A stretch of DNA of 63,784 nucleotides, filler included, from Octopus bimaculoides (lineage: Eukaryota), in the NCBI RefSeq assembly GCF_001194135.2. It is 5 parts of 5 records of this genome, joined end to end, with 100 filler letters (N's around TTAATTAATTAA, not from the genome) between each part and the next. Parts side by side here need not be neighbours in the genome. Positions count along the whole stretch, not along the records: positions 29,084 to 46,877 come from NC_069003.1; positions 46,978 to 51,320 come from NC_068996.1; positions 51,421 to 61,647 come from NC_068992.1; 2 more parts are not named here. The stretch is one strand, 5' to 3'. Of the stretch, positions 39,214 through 52,382 are shown piece by piece. The translations under genes were made by a program, and so were the position numbers. Position 1 is the first letter of the stretch, and each line of letters begins with the position of its first letter. The notes beneath the pieces are model-generated. The model was given only the letters and a program-made list of their open reading frames with translations, made no database searches and was not told the origin of the DNA.

Positions 39214-39788
39214 CAGTGGTTCTCAAACTAGGGTCTGTGGTCCCCTAGAGGATTGCAAAGTGATTTTAGTGGGGGGCTGTGAAGGGATGCTGAAGTATCA
39301 TGAAAACAGGGTGGCTTGAGACAGTTAAGTCTAAAAATTTCAAGACTTTCAATTTATCGCATGCTATCATCCCTTTTTGTTGTTGGCCTCAAAAACCCAT
39401 GCCATTCCTACACATTCATTTGCTAATCATACGTGTACAACAAGTGTAATTGGCTGATAGAAAATATGCAGATATAACAGTTGACTGTGCATGTGTTGTC
39501 AGTATTTTTCGTTTCTCATTTGTTTTGTAACCAATTGATCAATTGATTCCCCATATTTTCATGTGTATTTATTGTATCCCAATGGTGCATTGCCTGGATG
39601 AAGCTGTGGTTTTCAGGGTTGTGGATCTATGGGCAGTGTGGACCATAGTCCGGAAATTACAGGACACGAATGTATGTCATTTTTTTTTTGCCATGTTGAT
39701 TATCCTGCATTTGTAGGGGACCATGAATCATCAAAAAATCTGTAAGGGGACTGGCACGTAAAATTTTTGAAAAGTTTGAGAACCACAG
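39214..39788. mobile_element. hAT-family MITE
   Basis: TIR CAGTGGTTCTCAAAC / GTTTGAGAACCACAG with a perfect 8-bp TSD CTCTTGTT (39206-13 and 39789-96). Confidence 0.92.
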
Positions 39789-39857
39789 CTCTTGTTCCTC
39801 AGTAAAGAACATGTCTGAAACAGCTGTAGTGAACAGCAACTCATATGTGTTACTAGT

Positions 39858-39921
<64 letters not shown>

Positions 39922-39926
39922 TAAAT

Positions 39927-40500
39927 GAAATATGAAAAATACAAAAAAAAAATACAAGCCAATAGATTTATTGGGATTTTTGACAAAAGATTGATTTACT
40001 TAGATTACTTATGTTTAGAAGGCACAGAATCTGATAGTTAAGGTGTTGCAATCATGGTCGTAATATGATGGGCAGTGCATTGTGCTCTTAAGCAAAACAC
40101 TTGCAAGACCCTCATCTCTCCTCAACATGAGACTCTCCTGTTGAGGAGAGATGTGGGTCTTGCAAATTTTTTATGAACAACCTTTGCAGATGATTTGTCA
40201 ACAGTGATCAGATATTTGTGCAGTATATCAGCTCACTCCTTCCATCAAATCGACATCGATTGTACAGAGGCACAGTGTGCCACATGCCAGATGTTGAAGT
40301 GATTGCAGAATAATGTGAAATGAAGTGTTTTGCTTAAGAGCACAATGCACTGCCCATGATATTACAACCATGAATGCAACACCTTAACTACGAGATTTTG
40401 TGCCTTCTAAACACAAGTAATCTAAGTAAATCAGTCTTTTGTCAAAAATCCCAATAAATCTATTGGCTTGTATATTTTTTTTTTGTATTTTTCATATTTC
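39927..40500. repeat. Long inverted repeat (about 176-bp arms) with an inner 27-bp hairpin
   Basis: 39927-40102 matches the reverse complement of 40323-40500 at over 90% by eye; 40101-40127 pairs with 40139-40165 (26/27). Confidence 0.92.
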
Positions 40501-42419
40501 GGTTAATTTTATATAAAAAAAAATGATGCATCAACCCCCACCCACACATACACACATGCTTAAATAAAAAATTATTTTAACCTAGTTTTTTAATAATATT
40601 TGGGAGATATATATTACATGGTGAATGAAATATGTTTTGTTTACAGAAAATATTGCAGGGAGTGGGATTTCCCAAAAAAAGGAAAAAGAAAGCAGGGAAG
40701 GGCTGGGGAATATTGTCTGAATTAGCAAAATAGAATTACTTTAGCATTTGTCTCAAGAAAGATATGAAATTTTTGGATTGAATAATAAATTGCATAGTTT
40801 GGCAATTTTAATTACAATCATTTGGGAATATGGCATGGTAACAACTTGAATGTGTAATGGCTGCAATGAGTTAGCTGCTGACTTGTACACGTAGGCGCAC
40901 ACAAACAAACATACACTCATGCTCATTTGTACGAACATGCAAACATATATACGCGGGGCTGGTGCTAGGAAGTGTGGGGCTTAGTTAGAGAATTGTCAGT
41001 GGGGCCCACCACTCATCAAAAGCTGAACGTTGATGTTTTATGTTTTGTGTAGTATGCCAGTACCAGCTAAGAAGCAATGAGCATTAACAACTCAATCAAC
41101 ACACCAACTCAACAACATATTTACAAACACCAGGAACTCTCTTTACTCAAAAAGTCTTGCTGCTTTGTTAGCAACTGGCTTGAACTTAATTAAAACACTG
41201 AGAAAAAACTTACATGAGTTTGTGAGTCACCTGTTCATAGAAACATGGTTATGTCACCGACAATAACGATCTCAAAATGCTGGAGCTGAGTGGTATTATG
41301 TTTTATTAAGAACAATAACCGAAACAAAATACATTTTGTTCGACTCACTGTTTCAACTGAAACAAAATCCATTTTGCTTGCCTCAACGACTATATTATAA
41401 ATACAGCAAATCTTAATTTTCTTTCTTTGCATATTTGTAATCACCGAGATCTAAAACATAAGAATCCCCCAAAATTTTTTAAAAAAAATATATACAATTT
41501 TCAAGGGTAGGTGTGAAACTGCATGAGCCCCCTTTTCACTTTAGTAGAATGAAGAACAACTCAAAATAACAAGATGAAGATATAAATATCCACAAGCAAG
41601 CATAACAAATATGTGTCCCCATCATCAGCTGCCAAATTGATATCACTATGATTTCAATATATATATATATATNNNNNNNNNNNNNNNNNNNNNNNNNNNN
41701 NNNNNNNNNNNNNNNNNNNNNNNNNNNNNNNNNNNNNNNNNNNNNNNNNNNNNNNNNNNNNNNNNNNNNNNNNNNNNNNNNNNNNNNNNNNNNNNNNNNN
41801 NNNNNNNNNNNNNNNNNNNNNNNNNNNNNNNNNNNNNNNNNNNNNNNNNNNNNNNNNNNNNNNNNNNNNNNNNNNNNNNNNNNNNNNNNNNNNNNNNNNN
41901 NNNNNNNNNNNNNNNNNNNNNNNNNNNNNNNNNNNNNNNNNNNNNNNNNNNNNNNNNNNNNNNNNNNNNNNNNNNNNNNNNNNNNNNNNNNNNNNNNNNN
42001 NNNNNNNNNNNNNNNNNNNNNNNNNNNNNNNNNNNNNNNNNNNNNNNNNNNNNNNNNNNNNNNNNNNNNNNNNNNNNNNNNNNNNNNNNNNNNNNNNNNN
42101 NNNNNNNNNNNNNTATATATATATATATGTATATATATATACATATACATACACATACACAAATGCACACATATGCAGATCGTAATATATTCTTGGCTAG
42201 ATGGGTGGCAGCTCAGCATAGACACTGATGTAAACATGAGATTAGGAAAACCTCTTTACTCAGAAGCCATCTGAAAATTGCTATTCTTAATGTGAAACTA
42301 AAAGTAATGCAATCATGGACAATTTTATGCATTATATTACAATATATGTTTACATTAAAACCATATCAGATGTTGTTTACATTTTCTATTTTCTTTCTTA
42401 CGAATATAATATAATCAAG

Positions 42420-42450
<31 letters not shown>

Positions 42451-44474
42451 GAATTACATAGCTATGTACAGTGATTGACATCTCTGGTTGTCAAAACAAC
42501 AAACATACATATGCCTATATGTATGTGTGCATGCTTAGAAGCAGACACATATACATACACACTTCCCCCATTCACACACACTCACACATATGTATGTATA
42601 TATGTGTGTGTGCGTGCGTGTGCACATGTATACAGTATATATATATANNNNNNNNNNNNNNNNNNNNNNNNNNNNNNNNNNNNNNNNNNNNNNNNNNNNN
42701 NNNNNNNNNNNNNNNNNNNNNNNNNNNNNNNNNNNNNNNNNNNNNNNNNNNNNNNNNNNNNNNNNNNNNNNNNNNNNNNNNNNNNNNNNNNNNNNNNNNN
42801 NNNNNNNNNNNNNNNNNNNNNNNNNNNNNNNNNNNNNNNNNNNNNNNNNNNNNNNNNNNNNNNNNNNNNNNNNNNNNNNNNNNNNNNNNNNNNAACGTCA
42901 AACAGGGTCATCTTCTTTTGTTCTGGGGTAGCGGTGGTTGATGGATGCAAGTGGAGTGACCCTAACAAAAATTCTAATCATGACATATTTATCCCATACT
43001 ACTCATCTCTATGCCCAGATTCCAAAATCGAAATCTTATGGAACCTTTTGAAAGGTTTTTGCTCCTGAAAACTGGAGCACATGGAGCTCTAAAATGTGGA
43101 AGTTAAAGCCCCTATTGTGTGTGTGTGTGGAGGGGCGTCTTAAAGTCAACCAGAGAAGTTGAATTGTTGGGAATCTTTTTTAACTTGGGTGTTATATCTA
43201 TTGTTCAAATTTCTTTGAAATTGGAAATATATGAATGTTCACTGGGTTTGTAAAAGAGAGCAAAGCTAAAGGAAACCAAAAGACAAATGATCACAATATG
43301 CAGTCAACTACCCTATCCTAGTTGTTACCACTCCCCAATGTAGGATTCCTTACCATACAGGTGACCGGCACAGCTGTAAGGTGTATTACGGATTTATAGC
43401 AATAGAAAGGGCGTGACCCAACTGAAATAAACATAAACAACTGTGTGACATGAGGGCTAAGGAGAAATGAAAGTGTCACTTCTGGAGTTCGCTAAAGATC
43501 ACTATGCCAATAGGTAACTGGACAGAATAAATTTGCAATCTATAAACCTCTTTGAATGACCAGTCACTTATCTGGGAAAGCCTTGAAATCAATGTTACCA
43601 TCTGGGGACTATCTCTTACCCATTGATAATAAAAAGACTGAAAGGAGGTCTGCAACCAAATAACTTTACTCAAAATAACACTTTGCAACTGAATCAGTGG
43701 AGGCAAAGCTGCCTCTCCTTTACTTGATAATTTATGCACCACATTGCAGAAATCACAATCTAAGTATATCTGAAAGCAAACTCTTATAGTGTTGTACCAT
43801 TAAATTATAAATAACACTCACCTTGTATGTTTGGGTGATTCTACAGCTTCCAAGATTACAATTGTATTCGTCTTGGCTTAGTTAAAATGACTAAATTGTG
43901 GGGCTTAAGGGGTTTTACTAACTCCTAAGAAGTTGAAATTTTAGAAATATTACTTCATTTGTGTCTAATATCTATGGCTAAAATTTCATCAACAGTAAAG
44001 ACAGATGAATTTTCAAAGGGGTTATGGCCTCATTTATTCCCCCTCCCTTTCAAACATATACTGCATTACATCTGTCTTTATGCATAGAATATAATTTCCA
44101 AATTTCATAAAGATCCATTCACTACTTTTGACTTAGTTTTGGATCATAAAAAATTACTAAAATTTGGGAGTTAAGGCCCCCGTTAGGGGGTCTTAGAATC
44201 CTCATGAGAAGCGGAAACTCTGGGAATACTTTTTGATGTGTGTCAATTACCCATGGTTGAAATTTCATCAACATTGGAAATTTATGAATTTTCATGGGGG
44301 GGTTCTGCCCTCTTTAAGCCACTGCAAATTCAAACCAAACATACTGCATTATACCCACCCTAATGCATTGAATCTAAGTTCCAAATATCATAAGGATCTA
44401 TTCAGTAATTTTGGTCCATGAAATTGTATGAAACACACAGCATTACCCTTCTCACAGACAGACATTCTCGTATG

Positions 44475-44506
<32 letters not shown>

Positions 44507-44520
44507 AAAAAAAAAATATA

Positions 44521-45045
44521 GAAGTCCTCGCTTCAGATCGAGTTGGATGGCGAACAAGGGTGTGGAGTGGAGTGAAAGCATTTGAAGAGGCCAGGATGAT
44601 GCAAGCAGGGCTCAAGAGACATTTAAGGAAAAAGGTGAAGACTGAGAAGGTGAATGACAAGGACCTTTTTGTGTGCACAGTCTGTGACAGACTATGTCTG
44701 TCCTTGGCTGGCCTCAAATCTCACCTGCGAACCCATGGAAAACAAACCTCACCCAGCTATTCTGATTATATGTCTGTGCACACGTTTGAATGTGGTGTGT
44801 GCCAGAGGGTTTGCAAATCCAATGGGGGTCTTAAAAGACATGTTAGGATCCACAATGAGCAGAACTTACTTGCAGGTATTGGTAGTGCAAATCAGAGGTG
44901 CAATCTGTGTGGGTGTTTTTTCAAAACACTGTCTGGTTTAAAAAGCCACATCAGACGCCATGAAAGGGCTAAGGTGTAGGTGCAGGAGGTGGTCAAACTC
45001 TGTTTAAGGAGTAGACAACCACCATGTATGTATGTATGTATGTAT
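44521..45045 (+). mobile_element. 5'-truncated RTE/BovB-like LINE 3' end with an intact ORF carrying three C2H2 zinc fingers
   Basis: EVLASDRVGWRTRVWSGVKAFEEAR (RTE C-terminal motif) in frame with three C-x2-C-x12-H-x3-H fingers; stop at 44979; short 3'UTR; (ATGT)n tail. Confidence 0.8.
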
Positions 45046-45399
45046 GCATGCCTGTATATATGTGAGATAATAGTTTCGCTTTTGACACAATACTGCAATA
45101 GTGGAAGAGATAGGAGGTTGCTCTGGGCTCGTATTAGGCAAGAAGTTGAAATTGTTTTTGGCCTATGACACTACATGGACCCTAAGTAAGGTATGTGTAA
45201 AATTTGAATGAAATCAGTTGTGTAGTTCTCGAGTCTTAGGGATTCACACATACAGACACATAGACAGACAAACACACACACACACACATTCTCATCTTTA
45301 TATATATAGAAAGAGAGAGAGAGAGAGACATGTGTATAAACACACACACATAGGCATGTGTGTGCGTGTGTGTATTATTTTTTTACTTGCTTCAATCAT

Positions 45400-45748
45400 T
45401 AGACTATAGCCATGCTGAAGAATTTTAGCCAGACGAATTGAGCTCAGTACTTGTTTTTTAAGCTTGGACTCTTTTACTGAACTGCTAGGTTATGAGGATG
45501 TAAGCACACCTACACTAGTTTTCAAGTGGTGGTAGGGGACAAACACAGACACAAAGAGACACACACAAACACACAGCCATTTATATCTATATACAATGGG
45601 CTTCTTTCAATTTTTGTCAACCAAATCTACTCACAATGCTTTGGGTGGCCCAAGGCTATAGTGGAAGACAGATGCCTAAGGTATCATGCAGTGGAGTTGA
45701 ACCCAGAACCATTTGGTTGGGAAGCAAACTTCTTACCACACAGCCATG
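45400..45748 (-). mobile_element. Second-family SINE
   Basis: Reverse tail, microsatellite, reverse head ...ggttgggaagcaaacttcttaccacacagcca. Confidence 0.8.
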
Positions 45749-45756
45749 TCTACACC

Positions 45757-46613
45757 TACGAGGGGTTACCCAAAAGAAACAGCAATTTTACAATATTGCT
45801 TTATTCACTTAGTTTTACATGTTAACTCTTTTATCGCCTTCAAAATATTCTCCACTTGAAGCAATACATCAGTTCAGGCACGTTTTCCACTATTCGTTTT
45901 TTTCTTCACTGGGTTCTACATCTGCAAATTCCATAACACCAGCTTTTGTCACTAGTGGTGACCTTCGAAAAAAGGCCTGGATCAACTTCAAACTGTTCCT
46001 TCAGTTCATGATACGTATTCAGCCATGACTGCTTTTGATCTTCCATGAACAAGTGAGGTACAAATTTTACTGCAACTCTTCCAATTCACAATTCTTTGCT
46101 CAAAATTCGTTGGCAGGAGCTCCAGGACACACCAGTCATATAAGCAAGTTCATCAATTTTTCGGTGACAGTCCTCCAAGATCAGTTCATGAATTTTCATG
46201 ATGCTTTCATTCATTCAGGTCAACAGTCATCCTGAATGAGGTTGGTCTTCGAGTGACAAGTGATCATTCTTAGAGCATGGAAACCACTTGTAAACTTGTG
46301 TTTTGCTCATGGCAGCATCCTTGTAAGCTGTTTGAAGCATGACAACTGTTTCAGCTGCCATTTTTCTCAGCAGAAAAGCGAATTTCACAGAAGCATGCTG
46401 TTCCTTTGTTTCAGCCATTGCAAAGATCGACAAACAGGGGAGAAGCAACGCAAACAAAGACACACCATGTGGCAGAACGATTTCACTGAATGATGCTGGC
46501 TGGCAGACTGATGCCTGAGGGTCACATCAAGTGGCTTCAAGTGGTAGAGCCTAAACTACAAGGGGTTTGTTCCACAAAGAACGTTTCTGGTTACTTTTGG
46601 GTACTCCCACATA
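45757..46613 (-). mobile_element. Internally deleted mariner transposon
   Basis: TIRs tacgaggggttacccaaaag and its reverse complement near 46590-46613; HTH N-terminus MAETKEQHASVKFAFLLRKMAAETVVML...KTQVYKWF. Confidence 0.88.
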
Positions 46614-46629
46614 TGTGAGTATGTGTATG

Positions 46630-46842
46630 TTCTTTTATTCTTTTCTTTTATTTGCTTCAGTCATTTGACTGTGGCCATGCTGGAGCACTGCCTTTAGTCG
46701 AGCAAATCGATCCCAGGACTTATTCTTTGTAAGCCTAGTACTTTTTCTACAGGTCTCTTTTGCCAACCACTATGTTACGGGGGACATAAACACACCAGCA
46801 TCAGTTGTCAAGCGATGTTGGGGGACAAATACACACACATAT

Positions 46843-46850
<8 letters not shown>
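46630..46850 (-). mobile_element. Second-family SINE tail
   Basis: tcagtcatttgactgtggccatgctggagcactgcctttagtcgagcaaatcgatcccaggac. Confidence 0.8.
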
Positions 46851-46877
<27 letters not shown>

Positions 46878-47029
46878 NNNNNNNNNNNNNNNNNNNNNNN
46901 NNNNNNNNNNNNNNNNNNNNNTTAATTAATTAANNNNNNNNNNNNNNNNNNNNNNNNNNNNNNNNNNNNNNNNNNNNAAAATCCATATTCTTAATCTCCG
47001 TATTTATCCCATACATTAAAAAATAGATG

Positions 47030-47718
47030 GTGAAAAGATCAATGTGTTGGGGGAATGAAATTCCGAGGATTTCAGCACACCGGTTGCAGGCATCCATTTG
47101 GGGGAGCCATGCTTTTCACATGGGCAACTTTATGTGGCCTGCTCCCGTGCGGGTAGTACAAAACGCTCTTTTTGTGTATGCTCTTCAGGGCAGAACACGC
47201 AATGTTGTCTATAGCGAAGTTTTATAGACAAGTTGTCATTGCAGCCGATGTGGTTATAAACAATGATCCGGAAGCATTAGCCGGACATATTCTCAAACCA
47301 TGGCAACATAACTTATAGACTATTCCTCTTTTTTATTGGACAATGCTGACTTCTCCAACAACAATGCTCACTCGGCTGATATCAGTGATTGGCTAAGCTG
47401 CTCATAGAGTTAACCAAGAGGGGACAGGTCCCTTATTTTCTGGTTAAGACTGTCTGTAAGCTTTCCTAAGTTACCTCAATCCAGATCTCCAATGCAAACC
47501 TTCAGATCAATCTTCTCGTATGCAGATCTTTAATGCAACTTTAAAAAAAAACAGTCAATGATTTCCCAATCAAATTGCCAGCAAACCATTTTCAGCCAAA
47601 CCAATTTCAACGGATTTCGCTCAAATCTGATGTCGATGTTACTTATTTTGGTATGAAATAAAGCACTTGATCACTTAATAATCCTAGCTTAATCCCGGGC
47701 AACGCCGGGCTATACTGC
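47030..47718 (+). mobile_element. Helitron 3' end (PIF1 helicase C-terminus and terminal hairpin)
   Basis: VAGIHLGEPCFSHGQLYVACSRAG, frameshift, QGRTRNVVYSEVL* (stop 47227); hairpin CCCGG-GCAACG-CCGGG 47694-47709; the terminal CTAG is lost in the gap. Confidence 0.9.
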
Positions 47719-48343
47719 NNNNNNNNNNNNNNNNNNNNNNNNNNNNNNNNNNNNNNNNNNNNNNNNNNNNNNNNNNNNNNNNNNNNNNNNNNNNNNNNNN
47801 NNNNNNNNNNNNNNNNNNNNNNNNNNNNNNNNNNNNNNNNNNNNNNNNNNNNNNNNNNNNNNNNNNNNNNNNNNNNNNNNNNNNNNNNNNNNNNNNNNNN
47901 NNNNNNNNNNNNNNNNNNNNNNNNNNNNNNNNNNNNNNNNNNNNNNNNNNNNNNNNNNNNNNNNNNNNNNNNNNNNNNNNNNNNNNNNNNNNNNNNNNNN
48001 NNNNNNNNNNNNNNNNNNNNNNNNNNNNNNNNNNNNNNNNNNNNNNNNNNNNNNNNNNNNNNNNNNNNNNNNNNNNNNNNNNNNNNNNNNNNNNNNNNNN
48101 NNNNNNNNNNNNNNNNNNNNNNNNNNNNNNNNNNNNNNNNNNNNNNNNNNNNNNNNNNNNNNNNNNNNNNNNNNNNNNNNNNNNNNNNNNNNNNNNNNNN
48201 NNNNNNNNNNNNNNNNNNNNNNNNNNNNNNNNNNNNNNNNNNNNNNNNNNNNNNNNNNNNNNNNNNNNNNNNNNNNNNNNNNNNNNNNNNNNNNNNNNNN
48301 NNNNNNNNNNNNNNNNNNNNNNNNNNNNNNNNNNNNNNNNNNN

Positions 48344-49290
48344 GTAGCAGGAATAGTTAGTGGGTGCTTATGGACAATGGTCAGTGGGAGGTCAGCAGGC
48401 AGTTTTTGAGTATGTGTGTGTTTGTGTGGGGTTGTAGGTGTTGGGTGCGTGTGTGTGTGTATTTTGTACGTGCGCGTGTGTGTATGTGTATGTTTCTGTG
48501 CGTGCGTGTGTGTATGTGTATGTTGTGTACGTGTGTATGCGTGCGTTTGCTTCTGTAAGTGCGTGTGTTGTTTATGCTCATGTGTGTGTGATTGTATGCG
48601 TGTCTGGGTGAGTGTGTTATGTTGGTGAGAGGTGTGTGTATGTGTATGTGGATGTGCGTGTGTGTGGGATTGTGAGTGTTAGGTACGTGTGCGTGTGTGT
48701 ATGCGCGTGTGTATTTATGTGTCTGTATGTGTGCGTGTGTGTGTGTGTATATGTGCGTTCCTGTGTGTGTGTGTGTGTGCATGTGTTTGCTTACGTACGT
48801 GCGTGCAAGTGCGTGTGTCATTTATGCCCCTTGTGTGTGTTGTGTATGTGAGTATTGTGTATGTGAGAGGTGTGTGTGCGTGTGTGCATGTATGTATATG
48901 TGTATGTGTGTACGTTTATGTGTGTATGTGTGTACGTTTATGTGTGTGTATGTGTGTGTTTGTGTGTGTGCGTGTGTTTATGTGTGTGCGTGCGTATGTG
49001 TGTGAAAGCGTAAGGATGTGTGCCAGGTATGTGTGTTATTTTGTGTGTGCACTCCTGTGTGTGTGTGCATATGTATGCGGCTGTGTATGTACGTGTATGT
49101 AGGCGTGCGCGTATATATGGGTGTGTGTGTGTGTGTGTGTAGGGCTGTGTAAGGTGTGTGTCTCTACCACTGTGCGTGTGTGTGTGTGTATATATGTGCG
49201 TTCGTCTATGTGTGTGTGAGGGCGCGCATGTATGTTTGTCATGTGTGTGGGCGGTATATATGTATGTGTGTGTGTGTGTGTGTGTGTGTA
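48344..49290. repeat. About 950-bp degenerate (GT/GC/AT) dinucleotide-rich tract
   Basis: Strong G+T strand skew with imperfect TG periodicity throughout. Confidence 0.9.
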
Positions 49291-50134
49291 TACACTGTTA
49301 CATCTCGAACATGACGTTAATTTTGTGCAAAATCCTTGAGGGTGCGAACTATGCAGAAACGGTACAAATAGATGAAGTTCAAATGCAACTGAAAAGAACT
49401 TAATGCTGACTCACGGCAAAAACAACAAACAAACAGAAAACAAAGCCAAAAGAAAACATGAACAATTCTCAAATTATGCAAATACAAGATTTGTGACTGT
49501 TTCAAAATATTACTTGTTTGATAAGTATCTTCTAAAATATTGGAAGTTTAAACCACCCCTAATTTAAATGAACTAGTCCTGAAATTCAATAACTCCTATT
49601 TTATATCTTTATACATAACAGATTAATCATCACCTTTTCGATTTACCTATTAGTTCATCTTGCAGAACTCCATATGAAGCTTTTTACATTTCTCGATTTC
49701 CATATTACGTTTCCTTATTTTTCTTTTCTTTTATTTAGTGTTTTTAATTATTATTTCATAAATTTTTTTTATTCATAACGATTTTCAGTTATAACACGAA
49801 TTCCTCATTATCCAAGGGAAATAGTCGAAATAATGTTTTTATGGAATGAGCTGTATCTCTTAAACATTTTTGTCCCAACATTCGAAAAGCAGAAGTTACT
49901 TTGTACATGTTGAGATTATATATTTCAGTCTACCGGTGTTCAGCTGTGCTCTGCCAAAATCATTTGGTATCAACAAACTGACAATAATAAAACCTAAATA
50001 ACTGATCATGTTTAATCCGACCTCACTAAACCACATATAATATCTCAAAGTAGTGTGGGAACCTTTACGTGCTCATTCGATCTGCTAGAAATAGTAAATA
50101 AATCGCCTTCAACTCTTATCCTATCGTCTTAAAA

Positions 50135-50477
50135 AGAAACGGTAAACTCGTCTGACCGCAACCCCCTCGACATCTTTTTGTGGAGTGCGGTGAAACGACA
50201 GACCAACAAATCTACGCAGGACGAGCTGAGGGCCATGATTACTAGTATCTTAAGGGGCCTAAAACGGGAGCTAATGACGAAGGCCTGTTGTCGGTTCTGA
50301 GGTCGCCTGAAGGTTGTCATCGAAGCCAAAGACAGGTTCATCGAATGAGATCGACTGAACATGTCATGAAGACACACAGACTCAAATTTGACGTATATAT
50401 CTAAAAAAAATTTTTAAAAACATGTTATTTTTTCCTGAGACAGTCATCATGCGAACGAATACCGTCCGCACCCTGTA
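50135..50477 (+). mobile_element. Tc1/mariner (DD37D-like) 3' fragment
   Basis: NSSDRNPLDIFLWSAVK...KACCRF*GRLKVVIEAKDRFIE*; TIR end caccctgTA. Confidence 0.8.
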
Positions 50478-51527
50478 GTTGAGAGGCTTTCTCTAGATAG
50501 GGTCTAGGGTATCACTATGTACCAGCAGCACCGTCCTAGATATAGGAACAGTACTTCATTGTGAGCCTCACTCGAGCCTTTATTGAGTCTCAGAAGCTGT
50601 TGGAGTCTGAAGTATTTTTTAGCCTTGAAGAGAAAAGCCATTGTTTGGCATGAGTCCTACCAATGTTAAAGATGTGTTTTCACGATGAGATATTATCAGT
50701 GAGAGTGAGACCTAACATCAAGTGCTGCTATTTAAAAAAAAATATTAATACTGTAACATAAAAATGTTCTATCTTGCCTTAAGAACCTCCACTTCTTATT
50801 TCCCATACACCTCTCGACCCCGCTTTTTCCTGAATAAGTATTTGTTATTGATCTTTAAAAATCCAACTTAGATTCATATAGGTGCTACACATTTATATTA
50901 GCGGATGAATATTTCAGTTAGTGCCAGTTATTTCGCAACAAGTAGTTTCAGCGCAGGGAATAAATCATATCAATACATCTCTTGATTATGTAGTCAGGAG
51001 TTAGAGAGAACTATGAGTTAGTTGTGTCTATCTATAGCTAAATACCACCCCCAAACATATCTTTCTCTTTCTCTCACTCTTGGCAGAGTCGGATGGAAAG
51101 CATTGCGATATTTATTCTGGCAACTTGCGTTCTGAGTTCAAATTCCATAGAGGTCAATTTTCTCCTTATATAGGCGCGGGTGTGGCAGCGTGATTAGAAG
51201 TTTGCTTCCCAAACAGATAGTTCTGTGTTCAGTTCTCAAATCTCGTAAGTGGATTAGGTAGACAAAAGGGGAGAGGAAGAATTTCGATTATTCCCACATG
51301 GTGAGTTGTAATGCAATATANNNNNNNNNNNNNNNNNNNNNNNNNNNNNNNNNNNNNNNNNNNNTTAATTAATTAANNNNNNNNNNNNNNNNNNNNNNNN
51401 NNNNNNNNNNNNNNNNNNNNTATATATACATCTATATCATATGTATATATATATGTATATATATATATATACATATATAATATATATATGCATATATCTA
51501 TGTATGTATATACATATAAAATATATG

Positions 51528-51995
51528 TACGAGGGTGAGTCAAAACGTAATGCCATTTCGTTTAGGACAGGTATAATTACCAACACAAGAACAGGTATCT
51601 TACTTCAAATTGAAGCTGCATTACATCCCTACTTCGCAACATAGTCACCGTTTCTCTCAATAGCAATGTTCCGCCTTCGAATGAGACCATGTATCCCTGC
51701 CTCGTAAAATTCTTTTCACTCTACTTTCAGTCACATCTTCTCTACAATTTTCAGTTCCTCGTCACTGGAATAATATTTGCCTCTCAAACATTCTTTCGTG
51801 GGACCAAAGTTATGACAGTGTGAAGGCGCTAAATTTGGTGACGAGGAAGTGAAAACTATAGTGAAGAAGTGGCTCAAAGAACAGACGACAGAATTTTACA
51901 GGTCAGGGATACATTCTCTCATTCGAAGGTGGAACATTACTATTGAGAGAAATGGTGACTATGTTGAGAAGTATGGATGTAATCAACAAAGGAGC
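51528..51995. mobile_element. Two diverging mariner 3' ends (inverted pair)
   Basis: TIR tacgagggtgagtcaaa; FYRSGIHSLIRRWNITIERNGDYVEK on +, with an inverted copy at about 51620-51710. Confidence 0.8.
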
Positions 51996-52266
51996 AGCTT
52001 AAATATGATGTATGATACATGTACCTGTGTTGGTAATTATACCTGTCCTAAACAAAATGGTGAGATAAACCTGCGATGAAAGATAACACAGCAGGGTTCA
52101 CCACCACCCGCTACTGGTGTCTCGTGAGGTTTAGGTGTTTTCGCTCAATAAACAGCCCCAACGTCTGGGAATCGAAACCGCGATCCTACTGGGCCATTGC
52201 GCCGCACACACACACTCACACATACACACACACACTCACACATACACACACAAACACACACGCACG

Positions 52267-52382
<116 letters not shown>

